DNA of 64,000 bases. Source: Octopus vulgaris. Its lineage: Eukaryota. The DNA lies in contig OX597828.1 in the NCBI GenBank assembly GCA_951406725.2, forward strand, positions 63,302,001 through 63,366,000, written 5' to 3'. The notes beneath the pieces are model-generated. The model was not told the DNA's origin. It saw only the letters and a list, made by a program, of their open reading frames with translations, and did no database searches. The position numbers and the translations under genes are program-made. Every line of letters begins with the position of its first letter. The stretch's first letter is position 1. Of this stretch, positions 1-14,024 are shown piece by piece.

Positions 1-23
1 TACGTGAACCTTTGTATATACTC

Positions 24-578
<555 letters not shown>

Positions 579-778
579 CAAAAATGATCAGCTAGATATC
601 TAGATGGATGCATAAACAGCTGCTTCATTGAAACCTATAAAATTTCCAGGCGCAGTCAATTATGATTGTAACAACAATAGCGGAGAGTATTTTAATTGTG
701 GCTAATGAGAAGCAGACGACACCTCAATCCGCCAATTATTTCATATAAAAAAGAACGATACACACACACACATGTATG

Positions 779-840
<62 letters not shown>

Positions 841-1444
841 TATGTTTCTCATTTAAAAGTTATTTGCCTTCATTCTCTGCCACCCTGTAACGCCATCGCC
901 GACATTAACGTCAGCCATTTACTCACACTCTTTTCTCTCTCTCGCTCAACCTTCTCACTCGATTTATGCTCAAAATTCCTATCTTAGCCGTCTCCATAAA
1001 AAATATGGCTAAGAAATATTTTTGATATTACATGTTCTTTAATATTTATTCAAATGTTTTGCCTAGTTCTTTTTCCTAATCTAAATACTCTACGTTTATC
1101 TTGAGAATTTAAAAATTTTAACTTTCCAACGCCTTTTTCTTTGTTTTGATATTCATTCATGCATTCTCACTATTGTTGTCCGCGAAATTCCATGAAGATG
1201 CAGTTTGCCTTATGTTGAGGGGGTGATAAAATGTAGTGCTAACAATTACTGGGGGTTAATTTAATTGAATTATGCCCTCTCCAGAAAATTTTAGGCCCTA
1301 GAGTATTTCTTAGAAAGTTATTATTATTATCATTATATATATTCAAGTGTTAGTCCTCATATAATGGGTGATTTGGGGAGTATACTTTTGCCACCATGGG
1401 AAATATCAGGAAATATGGAGTACATACGATAATTGCAATTTAAC

Positions 1445-1615
1445 TTAATCAAATTTCCTCCGTCCTTACATTCTGAGTTCAAATTCCGGCGGGGTCGACT
1501 TTGCTTTTCACCCTTTCTGGATTGATAAAATAAGTACCATTTGAATACTGGGGTCGATGAAATCAACTCCCTCTCCCCCCAAATTGCTGGCTTTGTGCCA
1601 AAAATTGAAACCATT
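1445..1615 (+). mobile_element. Nin-domain SINE (family A), 5'-truncated
   Basis: ttctgagttcaaattcc...gtcgactttgcttttcaccc...gataaaataagtacca core; tail ...gtgccaaaaattgaaacc shared with the copy at 6711. Confidence 0.8.
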
Positions 1616-1624
1616 AAGGAACTG

Positions 1625-1739
1625 ATGTAAGGGGCCTGGGGTTTTTCCATGAGCAGCCTTCGAACGTCCCTTCCCTTGTGAGGATTACGCATTGTTAAAA
1701 TGTTATTTTTTTCTCGTTAAATCTGTTCAAAATCCTCAC

Positions 1740-1809
<70 letters not shown>

Positions 1810-1865
1810 TTTGTCCTATACCGTCCTTTTTCTTAATGTAAACCCTTTGTGGTTAATAGAGAAGT
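1625..1865 (+). mobile_element. Degenerate 3' UTR of a Tx1-like LINE, interrupted by (CA)n
   Basis: gggtttttccatgagcagccttcgaa and ccctttgtggttaatagagaa resemble the 3' UTR of the LINE copy at 14328-15031. Confidence 0.55.
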
Positions 1866-1909
1866 CAACACCATCATCATCATCGTCACCATCATTAATA
1901 TTTGACTCA

Positions 1910-2180
1910 GTTTCGTTCTTATTCCTGGTAGAATTTAAGTGGGTAGCGGGTTACTGCCTGCATCCTTGGGTATCTACAATCTTTCAATAGTCTTTCAAGC
2001 GTTTAAGACCCTCCTCATAACATAATCTTTCCCGTCCCTAAGAAGCAACCATATGTCTATATCTTTACTCACAGATCCCAATGCACCAATTATTGCAGGC
2101 GCAACCTTTATAGTTTTCATACTCTAAATTCTTGCAATTTCAAATTTTAAAAAGTTTGTGTTTTTCATCCTCTTTTTTTA
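1910..2180 (-). mobile_element. 3' end of an RLE-type (R4/Dong-like) non-LTR retrotransposon, degenerate
   Basis: Manual translation KKEDEK / LKFEIARI*SMKTIKVAPAIIGALGSVSKD ... RRVLNA* matches the RLE C-terminal pattern (EK..KY..L..EI..LW....V.P..IGALG); flanked by (CAT)n/(ATT)n. Confidence 0.75.
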
Positions 2181-2255
2181 GAAGAGGATGTATCATCATC
2201 ATCATCAATATCATCGTCGTCGTCGTCGTCGTCATCATCATCATCATCATCATCA

Positions 2256-2313
<58 letters not shown>

Positions 2314-2324
2314 CATCATCATCA

Positions 2325-2865
2325 TTGAGTGAAAGAGCAGTGCATGCCATCAAAGTGACACTGGGGTATAAATATATGGAGCCCAGTGTACCTACCATGA
2401 CTACCTGTCTGGTAAGGGTACACCATGCATCACAAACGTATGTATGAGATATGGTGATCAAGATAAACAGCACATGATATTGCAGGTGGGGCTCAGAATT
2501 TTCTTCAGGTCGAGTATCCCATCCCACTCAAAAGGTCCCTGAATAAGGGTTATTTAAGGATGATGAACAAAACACCCATGTTTCTGGAGGTGAATTACCC
2601 AAACCCCAGAGAATTCTTCTCAACACATGGCTATGATGCTCCCCCACTACTTCTGCTAGTGATTAGAGATGCACATATCGTCAGCCAGTAAGGGACATGC
2701 TCAACTGGTTACGGTCAAACAACTGACAAGCAAATCTGTGGTATTGAGCAGAATATTAGCTGTAGCCCATCTTTTATACCAAGACAAAACAATGTACATG
2801 ATAACACTTCCAATCAGTTAAGATCAGAAGCCATGAGAGCCACTGCCTGGTATTGCATCAGGGCA
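2325..2865 (+). mobile_element. ~540-bp non-coding interspersed repeat, copy 1
   Basis: Near end-to-end reverse-complement match to 15032-15560; flanked on both sides by (ATT)n/(ATC)n. Confidence 0.85.
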
Positions 2866-3007
2866 TCATCATCATCATCATTATTATTTTTATTATTATC
2901 AATAATATTAATACGCCAACTTGTTGTTTTTGTTTGTGTCACACTTACTTCAAAGGAAGAAATGAGTGGCAAAGCGACGAAGAGGACAGAGATGAAGTGA
3001 GAGATAA

Positions 3008-3071
<64 letters not shown>

Positions 3072-3113
3072 TGAGAGCGTAAGAGATTTCTTCTTCCACA
3101 TTGGTCAATACGT

Positions 3114-3295
3114 GGAGGCACATGGCCTAGTGGTTAGAGCAGCGGACTCGCGAGTTCGAATCTCAGACCGGGCGATGTGTGTGTTCATGACCGAAACACC
3201 CAAGCTCCACGCAGCTCCGGGAGAAGGTAATCGCGAAACTTCTGCTGACTCTTTCGCCACATCTTTCACTCTTTCCTCCTGCATCTTGCAGCTCA
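3114..3295 (+). mobile_element. tRNA-derived SINE (5' part)
   Basis: A box tggcctagtggttagagc, B box gagttcgaatctc, followed by a non-tRNA body. Confidence 0.7.
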
Positions 3296-3313
3296 TCATC
3301 TTCATCATCATCA

Positions 3314-3355
<42 letters not shown>

Positions 3356-3720
3356 GGGCAGTGAGCTGGCCGAATCGTTAGCATGCCGGGCGAAATGCTT
3401 AGCGTCATTTCGTCTGTCTTTGCGTTCTGAGTTCAAATTCCACCGAGGTCGATTTTACCTTTCATCTTTTCGGGGCGATGAAATAATTACCAGTCAAGTA
3501 CTGGCGTCAATGTGATCAACTATCCCCCTCCCCTCAAATTCCAGGCCTTGTACCTAGAGTAGAAGAGGTTATTATTATTATTACTGGCAAAATCATTCAG
3601 CGTCAGAATAAACGCTTTGTATTTCTTCCGACTCTTTACGTTCTGAGTTCAAATTTCTCCGTGGTTGGCGTTACATTTCATCCTTTCAGGTCGATAAAAT
3701 AATCATTAGTTTAACACTGA
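3356..3720 (+). mobile_element. Two tandem family A (Nin-domain) SINEs separated by (ATT)n
   Basis: ggcagtgagctggccgaatcgttagc head, gttcaaat B box, Nin core; second copy from ~3586. Confidence 0.85.
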
Positions 3721-4039
3721 TAAGAAAGACCGAGCATGCGTTTGCTTACCGCCATATATTTTGGCGCATGGTGGTAGGACTCTGTATGAGTGCACAGGGC
3801 TTGATTTTGTGTGTGTGTGTGTAGTTTATAGGAACTGACATTGCGTTAAACAAAATGCTTTGCGACATTTAATCATACCTTCTTATGTTCCAAGGTTTGC
3901 TTTGCCTTTAACCATTCTGACATCGATAAATGAAGAACCAGTCACGTTGTTGATCAATGTAACCGATTTAACACTATTTACTACAACATGTGCAGCCTTG
4001 GCCTATGAGAAGAAACAATTATGGTTTTGTATGGTGATG

Positions 4040-4800
4040 TATGGCAGAACCAGAAAAACTCTGTGTGAAATGGCTTCCAGTATTTATAATCCATTACGTT
4101 CTGAGTTCAAATCTCACCGTATTTTGTTTTTCTTCCAGGACCGATAAAATAAGTACGAGAGAATATGATCGACTAAAATATTCTTCCTTGTGTCTTTGTA
4201 ACAAATCTTTATTTTTAGAGTTGTGAAAAGCGAATTGGCAGTATCGCTGAAACGTGAAAAAAAATCCTTGTGGTACTTGTCTTTATGTGTTGTGTGCAAA
4301 TCCCATCGAGGGGTAAATCTTGTTTCTTATCCGTCGGGGTCGATAAAATGAGGTAACAGCCAAAAGCTTGGATCGCTTTATCGCTTCACATTCTTCCCCA
4401 AATTTCTAACCACATGACTACGTATGTCAGAAACAATTTTTCGGGTGATGTGGGACAAAGTGATTTCCAATATTTTTGTTATGTGAGGGCGAGGAATTGG
4501 CAGAATCGGTAGAGCATCAGACAAAATACCATGTGGTATTTCTTCCGGCTTTTTTACGTTCTGAGTTCAAACTCTGCTGCGGCCAATTTTGACTTTCATC
4601 CCTCTGGGATCCATAAAATATAAAATTAATCAGTTTTGAAAGATGGGAAATCGATCAGCCCCCTAAAATTACTCGTATTCTGACTAAATTAGGAACTATA
4701 TTTATATGCTTTTACCTTCTGAATTTAAATTCATTCAGAGTTACCTTTGCTTATCGTCATTGAAGGACCGAAATAGTGAGCACCAATCAAGCGCTGCTAC
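4040..4800 (+). mobile_element. Cluster of four degenerate family A SINE copies
   Basis: Repeated tggcagaa...ttctgagttcaaa...gataaaat motifs at ~4040, 4235, 4487 and 4710. Confidence 0.7.
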
Positions 4801-5811
4801 TGTTTTTAAACATCTTTCACTTTCTACACAAACTAGAAATCCTTGGTGACATCGATGTTCCCGCCCCTGATATAACTCTCAACCAAAAGAGGAAACCAAA
4901 AACACAACAGATCCCAAAAGAGGACGGCATGATCGCGTGACTTGCAAAAATAACTGCTACATCACTCTCAACCTTAAAAAAGAAAGGACACAGGGTCAAA
5001 ACAAAATACAGGATGGTCTCACCTGGAGCGTGTTTGTACGCCTGCTCGATCGGGGCTAAAGTACAATAATTACAACATGAACATCATAAAAAACAACAAA
5101 ACAAAAAAACGCCAGCATTTTTATCGATTCTATCTAGTTTTATACTTTCATACGCCATGTGTAAAAGAAAGCGTCTAACAACAAAGGTCCATTATTCAAT
5201 AAATTTATAATAATAATATTTAAATTGTCAAGTCCTTATTTTATACTCTTGAGAACCCGAAAGACATTCCAGTGAAATGTTTTCAATTACTGCTGTAAGT
5301 AAAGAAAAAACAAGGGTACACCCATTTAGCAGACGACATTAAAAATGAATTAAAAAAAACTGAAACAAAATTGTCGGCAAAAGCTCAGCCATTTGGTTAT
5401 GTGGGTGGTCATAAAAAATCTCGATAACATCATTTGTACAAAGATGCATTGTCTATTTTTGTGAAATGGAATATTTTTAAGGAATACGTTTGAGAAATTA
5501 CGGTGTAGCTGGAGAAAAAAAAAAAATATGTCGGGTTTAGGTTAAAGCTTAAATAATATTTTATTAAAACTGCAATTCTTAGTATTTTAACGAATTTTTC
5601 CAGTAGGAAATCGTCTCTTTATTGGTTTATTTATTTATTCATCTTATTAATTCATTTTTAAATTCTATTCTCATTTGCATTTGTTATGGTACATACACAC
5701 TGGCATTAATACATATGTATGTGTACATATACACATACATACATATACATACATACGTACATAAATACATACGTACATACATATGTATGTGAATACATAT
5801 ATCTATATCTA

Positions 5812-5892
<81 letters not shown>

Positions 5893-6049
5893 CTCTATAT
5901 ATATATCTCTCTATCTATATATATGTAATGTGGCTGTGGGTCAGTGCAATCATTTTTTTCTTTAGCGTTTTCCCTTCACATTCTTTGTAGTTCCTCTCCA
6001 TCGAATTCTTTATAATTATTTATAAATGTTCGTTGAACCATTTTGTGAT

Positions 6050-6290
6050 TTACACTTCGCTTAAGAGGAATCTATCTTGCATTCTGTTGAGTTGATACTT
6101 GTCATATTGCTCAGAGATGAAACCCTTAGGGTTTAATTTCCGTATTGAGTACTTTACGGGGTAATTAACAGCAACTATAGACATTTTTTTCAGGTCCAAT
6201 GGACAGAAAATCTCAAGTTTTGCTTTTGAATTTCCGTCAATTTTTAATCCAACTCGGTGAAACTGTTCACTGCATTCATCGGCCATAAGG
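6050..6290 (-). mobile_element. Possible RTE-type RT relic
   Basis: ADECSEQFHRVGLKIDGNSKAK resembles the post-YADD 'L.....RVGLKIN..KTK' segment. Confidence 0.3.
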
Positions 6291-6710
6291 GAAATTCACT
6301 TGTTTGGCCAACAGGTTGACGATTGCCTGATGAGCACCGGAAGAAGAAATGGTGGAGAAATATGTACAAATGTGAGGCGGTACATTGATATTTTATTTAA
6401 TGTTGAAGTTTACACCGTAAAGCTTTCCGTTTAGTCTTATTCTTTCAACAAAGATTTTTCGCCGAAGACCTCGAAATATTTTTAATTGTAAATGTTCATT
6501 TTTGAGAGTTACACTTCAGTTCAGATGAATTAAGGTGTACTCGGTCGGTTAGGGAAGAGAGAAATAGAGAGAGAGGTGGTGGGGGAAGAACTTTTAGGGA
6601 ATTTATTATGTTAATTATGCCAAAAGGCAACTGATTCCGCCCACCTGTCCAAGTAACTCGGCTCTTTAATGTATTTGATGCGTAAAATTTTAATATTAAG
6701 TTCGGAAAAA

Positions 6711-6932
6711 GGCAGCGAACTGGCAGAATCGTTAGCACGCCGGGCGAAATGCTTAGCGGTATTTCGTACGTCTTTACGTTCTGAGTTCAAATTCCGACGA
6801 GGTCAACTTTGCCTTTTATCCTTTCGAGAGCGAAAAATTAAGTACCAGTTCAGTTCATTTCAGTAGGGGGGTCGATGTAATCGACTCATCCCCTCCAGCG
6901 AAATTGTTGACCTTGTGACAAAATTTGAAAAC
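6711..6932 (+). mobile_element. Full-length family A (Nin-domain) SINE with 16-bp TSD
   Basis: Complete head, core and tail; aatattaagttcggaa (6692-6707) vs aatattaatttcggaa (6933-6948). Confidence 0.9.
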
Positions 6933-7068
6933 AATATTAATTTCGGAATATTTGGTAAAATTTACCCGACTGGAATATATATATATATATATATATGTAC
7001 ACACACACACATATATGTGTTGGTGTGTACGCATACATGCTCACATGTATATACATACATTTACATAT

Positions 7069-7161
<93 letters not shown>

Positions 7162-7162
<1 letters not shown>

Positions 7163-7764
7163 GGCTATGGCGAAAGAATGTATCTGGTGGACGCGTCTGA
7201 AAGGATTGGAGACAAACACTTTCCTCTCTGGTCAATCTCTCATCAACTTCTTCAAGTACCACTTGAAAAGGAAAGTGAGAGTAGAGAGGCAAGTTTTGTC
7301 TAGCGAATGTTTTAAAAAAAGATGGGTGAATGTAGCAAGAATGACACGTATGAATGACGAAGCCACCTTGAGCATAGTCCTATGAACCCAGAAATCGAAA
7401 ACAGAGAGTTGCTTATTTGCAAAAAAAAAAAAAAAAAAAAAAGAAATATAAAATGTGACTTCATTGACCGAGGTTACCGTGGTCTTTTCCGTAGGCTTTT
7501 CTTTCCACGGGTAAACCTCACCTGTCCTCCCCTTTACACTTCATATTGACATTTCTGTGATAACGATCCCTATTGATCAATTTTTTTTCCTCTCCCCCTT
7601 TTTTTTTAACCCCCTTTTTTTTGTCCTCTTTCTCTCCTTTTACGATCCCTTTTGATCGAAACTCCCCCTTCCTTTTTTTTTTTTTTTTTTAAACCTTCAA
7701 AAGAAAAGCTCTACCTTGTAATTTGTTCTATCTGTGTGCAGCCCTGTGTGGCTAATAAAGAAAC
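7162..7764 (+). mobile_element. 5'-truncated Tx1-like LINE (ORF2 C-terminus + 3' UTR) within (TATC)n
   Basis: AMAKECIWWTRLKGLETNTFLSGQ...ATLSIVL nearly identical to the copy from 46236; ends aataaagaaac. Confidence 0.9.
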
Positions 7765-7887
7765 ATATCTATCTATCTATCTATCTATCTGCATGTATGT
7801 ATGTATGTCTCTACCTACCTACCTACCTACCTACCTACCTACCTACATACCTACCTACCTACCTACCTACTTATCTTATATACAGTT

Positions 7888-8017
7888 ACCTTCCCATTTT
7901 GCTTCTCCCTTCTACCTTCCCATTTTGCTTCTCCCTTCTACCTTCCCATTTTGCTTCTCCCTTCTACCTTCCCATTTTGCTTCTCCCTTCTACCTTCCCA
8001 TTTTGCTTCTCCCTTCT
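7888..8017. repeat. 26-bp minisatellite x5 (accttcccattttgcttctcccttct)
   Basis: Five perfect tandem units. Confidence 0.95.
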
Positions 8018-8628
8018 ATGGTTGTCTTGAGGTGTTGTACCTACCCGCCTTCCTCTCACCTCTTGCCTTCACTCGAATTGTTTTTGTGATTCCACGAGCA
8101 ATACATGTATTTACTTTCCTGACCACGTGTTTCTACGGCTTCATTCCCGGTTCTTCACTCTCCCACGCCATTCCTTTTGACTGTTGATCCCCCTCCTCAC
8201 TACATCAATCACCGCAATTCACTTTTAACCCTAAATTACTCGGTCAATGGAAGGCTCACCCTAACGAAATGTCATATTCTTCAATCAACGCAACATGTAA
8301 ACATAATCAATGTTTGGAAATATTTCCCGGCACAGTTTCCATGACTACGCAGTTGGGGAGAGGGTGGGGTGGGGTTGATGCACATACACAATCAAACATA
8401 TTCATGAGCGGACATCAAAACACAAAGATCCACACAAGCAATGACGTCAAAGATTGTACACATGCATGAATGTGCACACATACACACATACAGGCATACA
8501 GGCATACAGGCATACATACTTATAAATATACATACATATGAATATGTATGCAAGCATACATACATACATACAAACATACATTCATAAGTATATATATATA
8601 TATATATACACAAACATACATTCATACG

Positions 8629-8687
<59 letters not shown>

Positions 8688-8742
8688 AATATACGTTTAA
8701 AATTTATTGTATTTATTGGCAATATGACCATTCCGAAATATG

Positions 8743-8777
<35 letters not shown>

Positions 8778-8781
<4 letters not shown>

Positions 8782-8940
8782 AGGGTAAAATTAATTAATT
8801 ATTAATCAATTTCACCAAGTGTTCAGTATGCAAAGGGACCATTTAAGGCGAATTCAAATTATTACATTATATAAAAGGGCTTAGTAAAATAAATTATCGC
8901 CGCATACTGAACTCATTAGAAATAGCTAAAAAATTTAAAG

Positions 8941-8942
<2 letters not shown>
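8778..8942 (-). mobile_element. Probable Penelope-like terminal fragment in (TA)n
   Basis: (TA)n-gagggtaaaatt end motif, internal inverted repeat gttcagtatgc/gcatactgaac, and gctatttcta motif, as in the hammerhead islands. Confidence 0.45.
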
Positions 8943-9006
<64 letters not shown>

Positions 9007-9673
9007 CGTATGAATGTATGTTTGTATATATATATATATACATATACATCCATCCATTTATACATACATACATGCATACATGTCTTCATATATACACATA
9101 TGTTTGCATACATGCATAAATAAATATATTTACAATTGCTGAGCTGTTGTCGTCCAAATTTCAATAAAAGAGCTTTGTCTCTGGGTTAGAAACCGGTGCT
9201 TTCTCCACTGGGGAGAAATTTGAGAAAGAATACCACACGTAAAAAAACAAACAGGTATGTCTATACATACACACATATACACGTCAATTCAATGTTGCAC
9301 ACACACACATATACGTACATTTTTATGTATACACACACACACGCACACACACACACACACACACACTCACATACACATACATACACATATTCACAGAAAA
9401 GGCATTCATAGTTGCTCACAATACATGCATACATACATAACATATATAAACACCCTGAAAAAATTGTACACTCTCAAGATCGTTGACTATACACACGTGC
9501 ATGCATACACACGTACATACATACATACATACATACATGAACTCAAACATATGTACACACACGTATGCATACACATGCATATGCATCTAAATGTTTTCAC
9601 ACACACACACACATATACACACTTATATATATATATATACACTGTACATATGTATATGTATGTTTATAATATG

Positions 9674-9708
<35 letters not shown>

Positions 9709-9813
9709 CTGTGTGTATGCACATATTCTGTACATAAGCATATTCATGCCACATCTCATGCAAGAAAGAAGGTTCACACTCACCCACTTAAACACACATA
9801 TACACACACGCAT

Positions 9814-9857
<44 letters not shown>

Positions 9858-10038
9858 ATACACCCACACCAACGCGTATCAGGATTGCATAAATTCTTAA
9901 TAACCATTAAATGAAAGACGTGCCGTGGCACCATTCCTCACACTTGCAATTTTCAGAAATTTTATCAACTTACATAATTGCAGTTATGCGTTGTATCTAT
10001 CGAATATTAGATACTTGCACACACACACACACACCATG

Positions 10039-10101
<63 letters not shown>

Positions 10102-11689
10102 GAACAATTTACGCAGGATGTTGCTGTGAGCCGATAAAATATTCATATACAAAGGCGTGTATGTATATAAAGGCTTGTGTATATACAAAGGCGTATGTAT
10201 ATAATCAAAAGATGATGTAGTGAACGTGTCTATTCGCTGATTCTTCTGGCGCATCGAAGTATTTTTGGATTATCTTTTAGAAAAATTCCAAACGCTCTTA
10301 GATTCCAAGGTTACGTAAATCCAAAAGTAACACATCGTATACAATGGTATTCGAAATTTAATACTTTACACGACAGCAAAATTACAAAGTAAGTCTTATG
10401 GTGCCATGCAGCTTTTTAAGAGTAATCTCATAGACGTTTAACATTCTCTGATCATTCTCTAACAGTTATACTCCGATAAGGAGTACTTTACCCGGAATAT
10501 AAGGAGCCAAAATATATTTACGAGGTAAGACTACGATGTTCTTGTAATTGACGTATCTGTATTGTTGATGGTTCGTAAAACAAAGCGGAGCATTTCACAA
10601 TGTTTCAAGCAACTACAACACTCTTCTATGCGAATGTTTCTTCATGTGAATGGTGTGTCTGTTAACAGTGAATATAATAGAATGTGCTACAGTTCACGGC
10701 CCAGTCTACCTAGCAGCACATAGGTACCTCAGTGCAACAGTCTGCCTAGCTGTAAGTACGTACTACTGTGTGTCACTTGTTCGTTGTACTGTAACCAAGA
10801 TACTTAGCTATGTGTAGCCCAGTCCGATTGGCTGCGTGTTGGCACCACAGTATGATACAATTCCCACTTCTCAAGTCAATCGTGATCCAACAGAATCAAC
10901 GGCATTCCAGCTGTGACCACCGCATCTATTATTTTAAGCATAACGTATTTAGGACTAATGTTTTCTTTCTGTTTTTAAGGGAGAAGCATGACGTGATGTG
11001 AGGGGGATTCAGCTGTATACCTCGTTGGTTTGTACACCTGGTGGTGGTTATGGTGGTGTTTGTGATGTTGTGGTGTAAAGCCTCAGGTAATTTCTGAGCT
11101 AATTCCGCGAGATTCCAGCCATGGCTAACCCGTTGTTTTTTTTAATCAGATATAGCACTTGTAGGATTCACTTATTTAATGTACCCTTTCAATGTTTAAA
11201 GTCAGTAATGTGACTTGGGGAGAATATAACAGCCATTTTTAACTAGGAAATAACGACTATATTGCTGTACCTCGGGCGTTTGTCATTATGCTAATAATAA
11301 TAAGCACACACATTGCTTCAAGAGATCTGAAGCTGATCTGAAGTTGAGGGAATGTTATTGAAGATGTGAAAGGTGACGAAAGGACTTTGGAAAACACAAT
11401 GGATTGATTAACCGAATAATGAATCAAACAATCGACTAGTTAGTTGATTAAATAGTTAACCAATTGGTAAATAATAAGGAAGTGAAATAGAACCAGTGCG
11501 TGTGGTATTATAATTGACATAATGGCCCACCCGAGAATATGTTTCAAAACACGAGTTCATATCAGGAATCTTGTAAACCAAATACCCAACCGAAAAGAAA
11601 AAAAAAAGAAGAAGAAAAATCGTGACCAATAACAGAGTCGTCTTTCGTTTGTTCGTATAAAAAGAGTTGGTATTATAAGTGATGACGGA

Positions 11690-12060
11690 GGCGGCGAGTT
11701 GGCAGAAACGTTCGCACGCCGGGTGAAATGCCGAGCGGTATTTCATCTGTCTTTACGTTCTGAGTTCAAATCCCGCCGAAGTCGACTTTGCCTTTCATCT
11801 TCTCGGGGTCGATAAATTAAGTACCAGTTACGCACTGGGGTCGATATAATCGACTTAATCCGTTTGTGTGTCCTTGTTTGTCCCCTCTGTGTTTAGCCCC
11901 TTGTGGGTAGTAAAGAAATAGGTATTTCGTCTGTTGCTACGTTCTGGGTTCAAATTCCGCCGAAGTTGACATTGCCTTTCATTCTTTCGGGGTCGATCAA
12001 AGAAGAACCCGTTGAGTACTGGGGCCAACTTACTCCTCTCCTTGTGTCAAAATTTAAAAT
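11690..12060 (+). mobile_element. Dimeric family A SINE (full monomer with LINE-like tail + headless monomer)
   Basis: Monomer 1 11690-11921; monomer 2 restarts at ggtatttcgtctg; degenerate TSD tattataagtgatgacg / tattaacgatgacg. Confidence 0.85.
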
Positions 12061-12909
12061 TATTAACGATGACGTGGGATTTGGTGTTGCTGATGTTTAT
12101 AAAATCCAGATCAACTTGATCGAAGGCACTCTGGTTGTGACCATTCCGTCTAATTTTATATATCTAGAACTGTATTATTCCAAACGTCCTTTATTCTATT
12201 TTTAAAGATAAGTGTGAACGTTCGTCAAGGAAGAATTGGCCACCATTTTTAGCACCCCGAGCAAACACGTCGAGAGAGGCTCACATAGAAGCAACCCCAC
12301 CCCACCAACATCAGTTTCATGTGTGGTCGGGAGAATTACAATAAACACAATTACACAATTTTTTCATACTTACCCCTCCCCCCACTGCTCCTCGTTATTC
12401 ATTATTCTATCTGAAGCTCCGATTCTCTCTCCCTCTCTCCCCCCTCTCTCTCTCTTTCTACATCCTCCCACTTCCCCACCACCTCAACGCGTATGTACCC
12501 TTTGTCTGCACTCACTGCACATTATCCACTTCCTACCTACGCGCCGCCCTTCCTATAGAATTCACTTCTCCCATGGCAGTGAGATATCATGTTCTCTCTC
12601 TTTCTCTTCTCTTTCTACAACTTCCTCTCTCTCCCTCCCTCTACCTCTCTTCTCTCTCTTTCTCTCTTTCCTAATCATTAGTTTTCTTGAGATTGCATTA
12701 CTCTCCCACTGAACTGGAACTAACGGACCATCTTGCAAGAACCATCTTGTCGCGGCCCTGACGTCACCACCGAGTTTCTTTCTCCAATTCTTATTCCTTT
12801 CTTCCTTCGACATTCTATAATACATACACACACACATACATACAAACATACACACACACATACATACACACACACACACATACATACATACATACATACA
12901 CACATACAT

Positions 12910-12960
<51 letters not shown>

Positions 12961-13314
12961 CATATATATTTAGATATACATATATATGTATATGTATATA
13001 TTTATGTCTGTATATATATGCACACACACATGCATACATAGATACGTAATCTTTGAACTGTGTCCATGCTGGAGTAGCGATCTCAAGGGTTTCAATCAAA
13101 AATATTGATTTCAATACTCGTTTTATTGATCTCTAGATTGGGATAACACCACTTTTAAGCACACGCGCACGCACACGCACAGACACACACACACAAAATA
13201 ACTCGGCATATATAAACCTTACAAGATATGTCTTAATTCGTATAATCGTGACTTAAAAGTGCTCAAAACCTCAAATAACCAGAAACTTGCAGGAGCTATG
13301 ATCAATATCTACAC

Positions 13315-13377
<63 letters not shown>

Positions 13378-13395
13378 GTAATAATAATAATAATG

Positions 13396-13450
<55 letters not shown>

Positions 13451-13756
13451 TAAAAACAATAATAAGCAAAAAGGAAAGAATCTCAAAAATTATGAAGAAT
13501 ATATGTGCATATTCTTTACGATAAACCTACATGTATGTATATATACTTATATAAATATATATAACACACTGAAGCACATATGTTGTCGGCACATGCCTAC
13601 AGATATAGACCTTCCAGGTTTCACAGCAAAAAGTTAGAGTACACAACAGAAAAGCAACAGAAAGCAACACCGTGCTGGAGATAAAAAGGGTAAAATCTCA
13701 GGTAAGCTTTCTGATAAGCTTTTGCCGGATGCGGACGAGGTCAAGGCTAACTTAAT

Positions 13757-13771
13757 AGCGCCACCTGGCGA
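13757..13771 (-). promoter_or_regulatory. Candidate CTCF binding motif
   Basis: Reverse complement tcgccaggtggcgct fits the CTCF core (C)CRCYAGRKGGCGC. Confidence 0.45.
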
Positions 13772-14024
13772 ACGATATATCTATTACATACACACGAGCA
13801 TACATAAAGGTACTGATGCATGTCTGACATATATATATATATGCGTTAATTTATTCCTATCTGCCTGTTCCCGCCTATATGTGAATATATATTTATGCGC
13901 GCGCGTGTGTGTATTCATATCGGCACTATAGGCGGGAACAAGCAGTTAGGACTTATCTAAACACATGTTCAGCATGTGCTAATGTAGGTCTGCCCGGGTC
14001 TTATTCTCATTTACGTCTAGTAGA

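Noticed and set aside
7888-8017. CRISPR-like array
   Set aside because: Direct tandem units with no spacers, eukaryotic context, no cas genes
8915-8930. tagaaatagc resemblance to the engineered sgRNA scaffold
   Set aside because: Only ~10 nt; part of a recurring native repeat motif; flanks do not match
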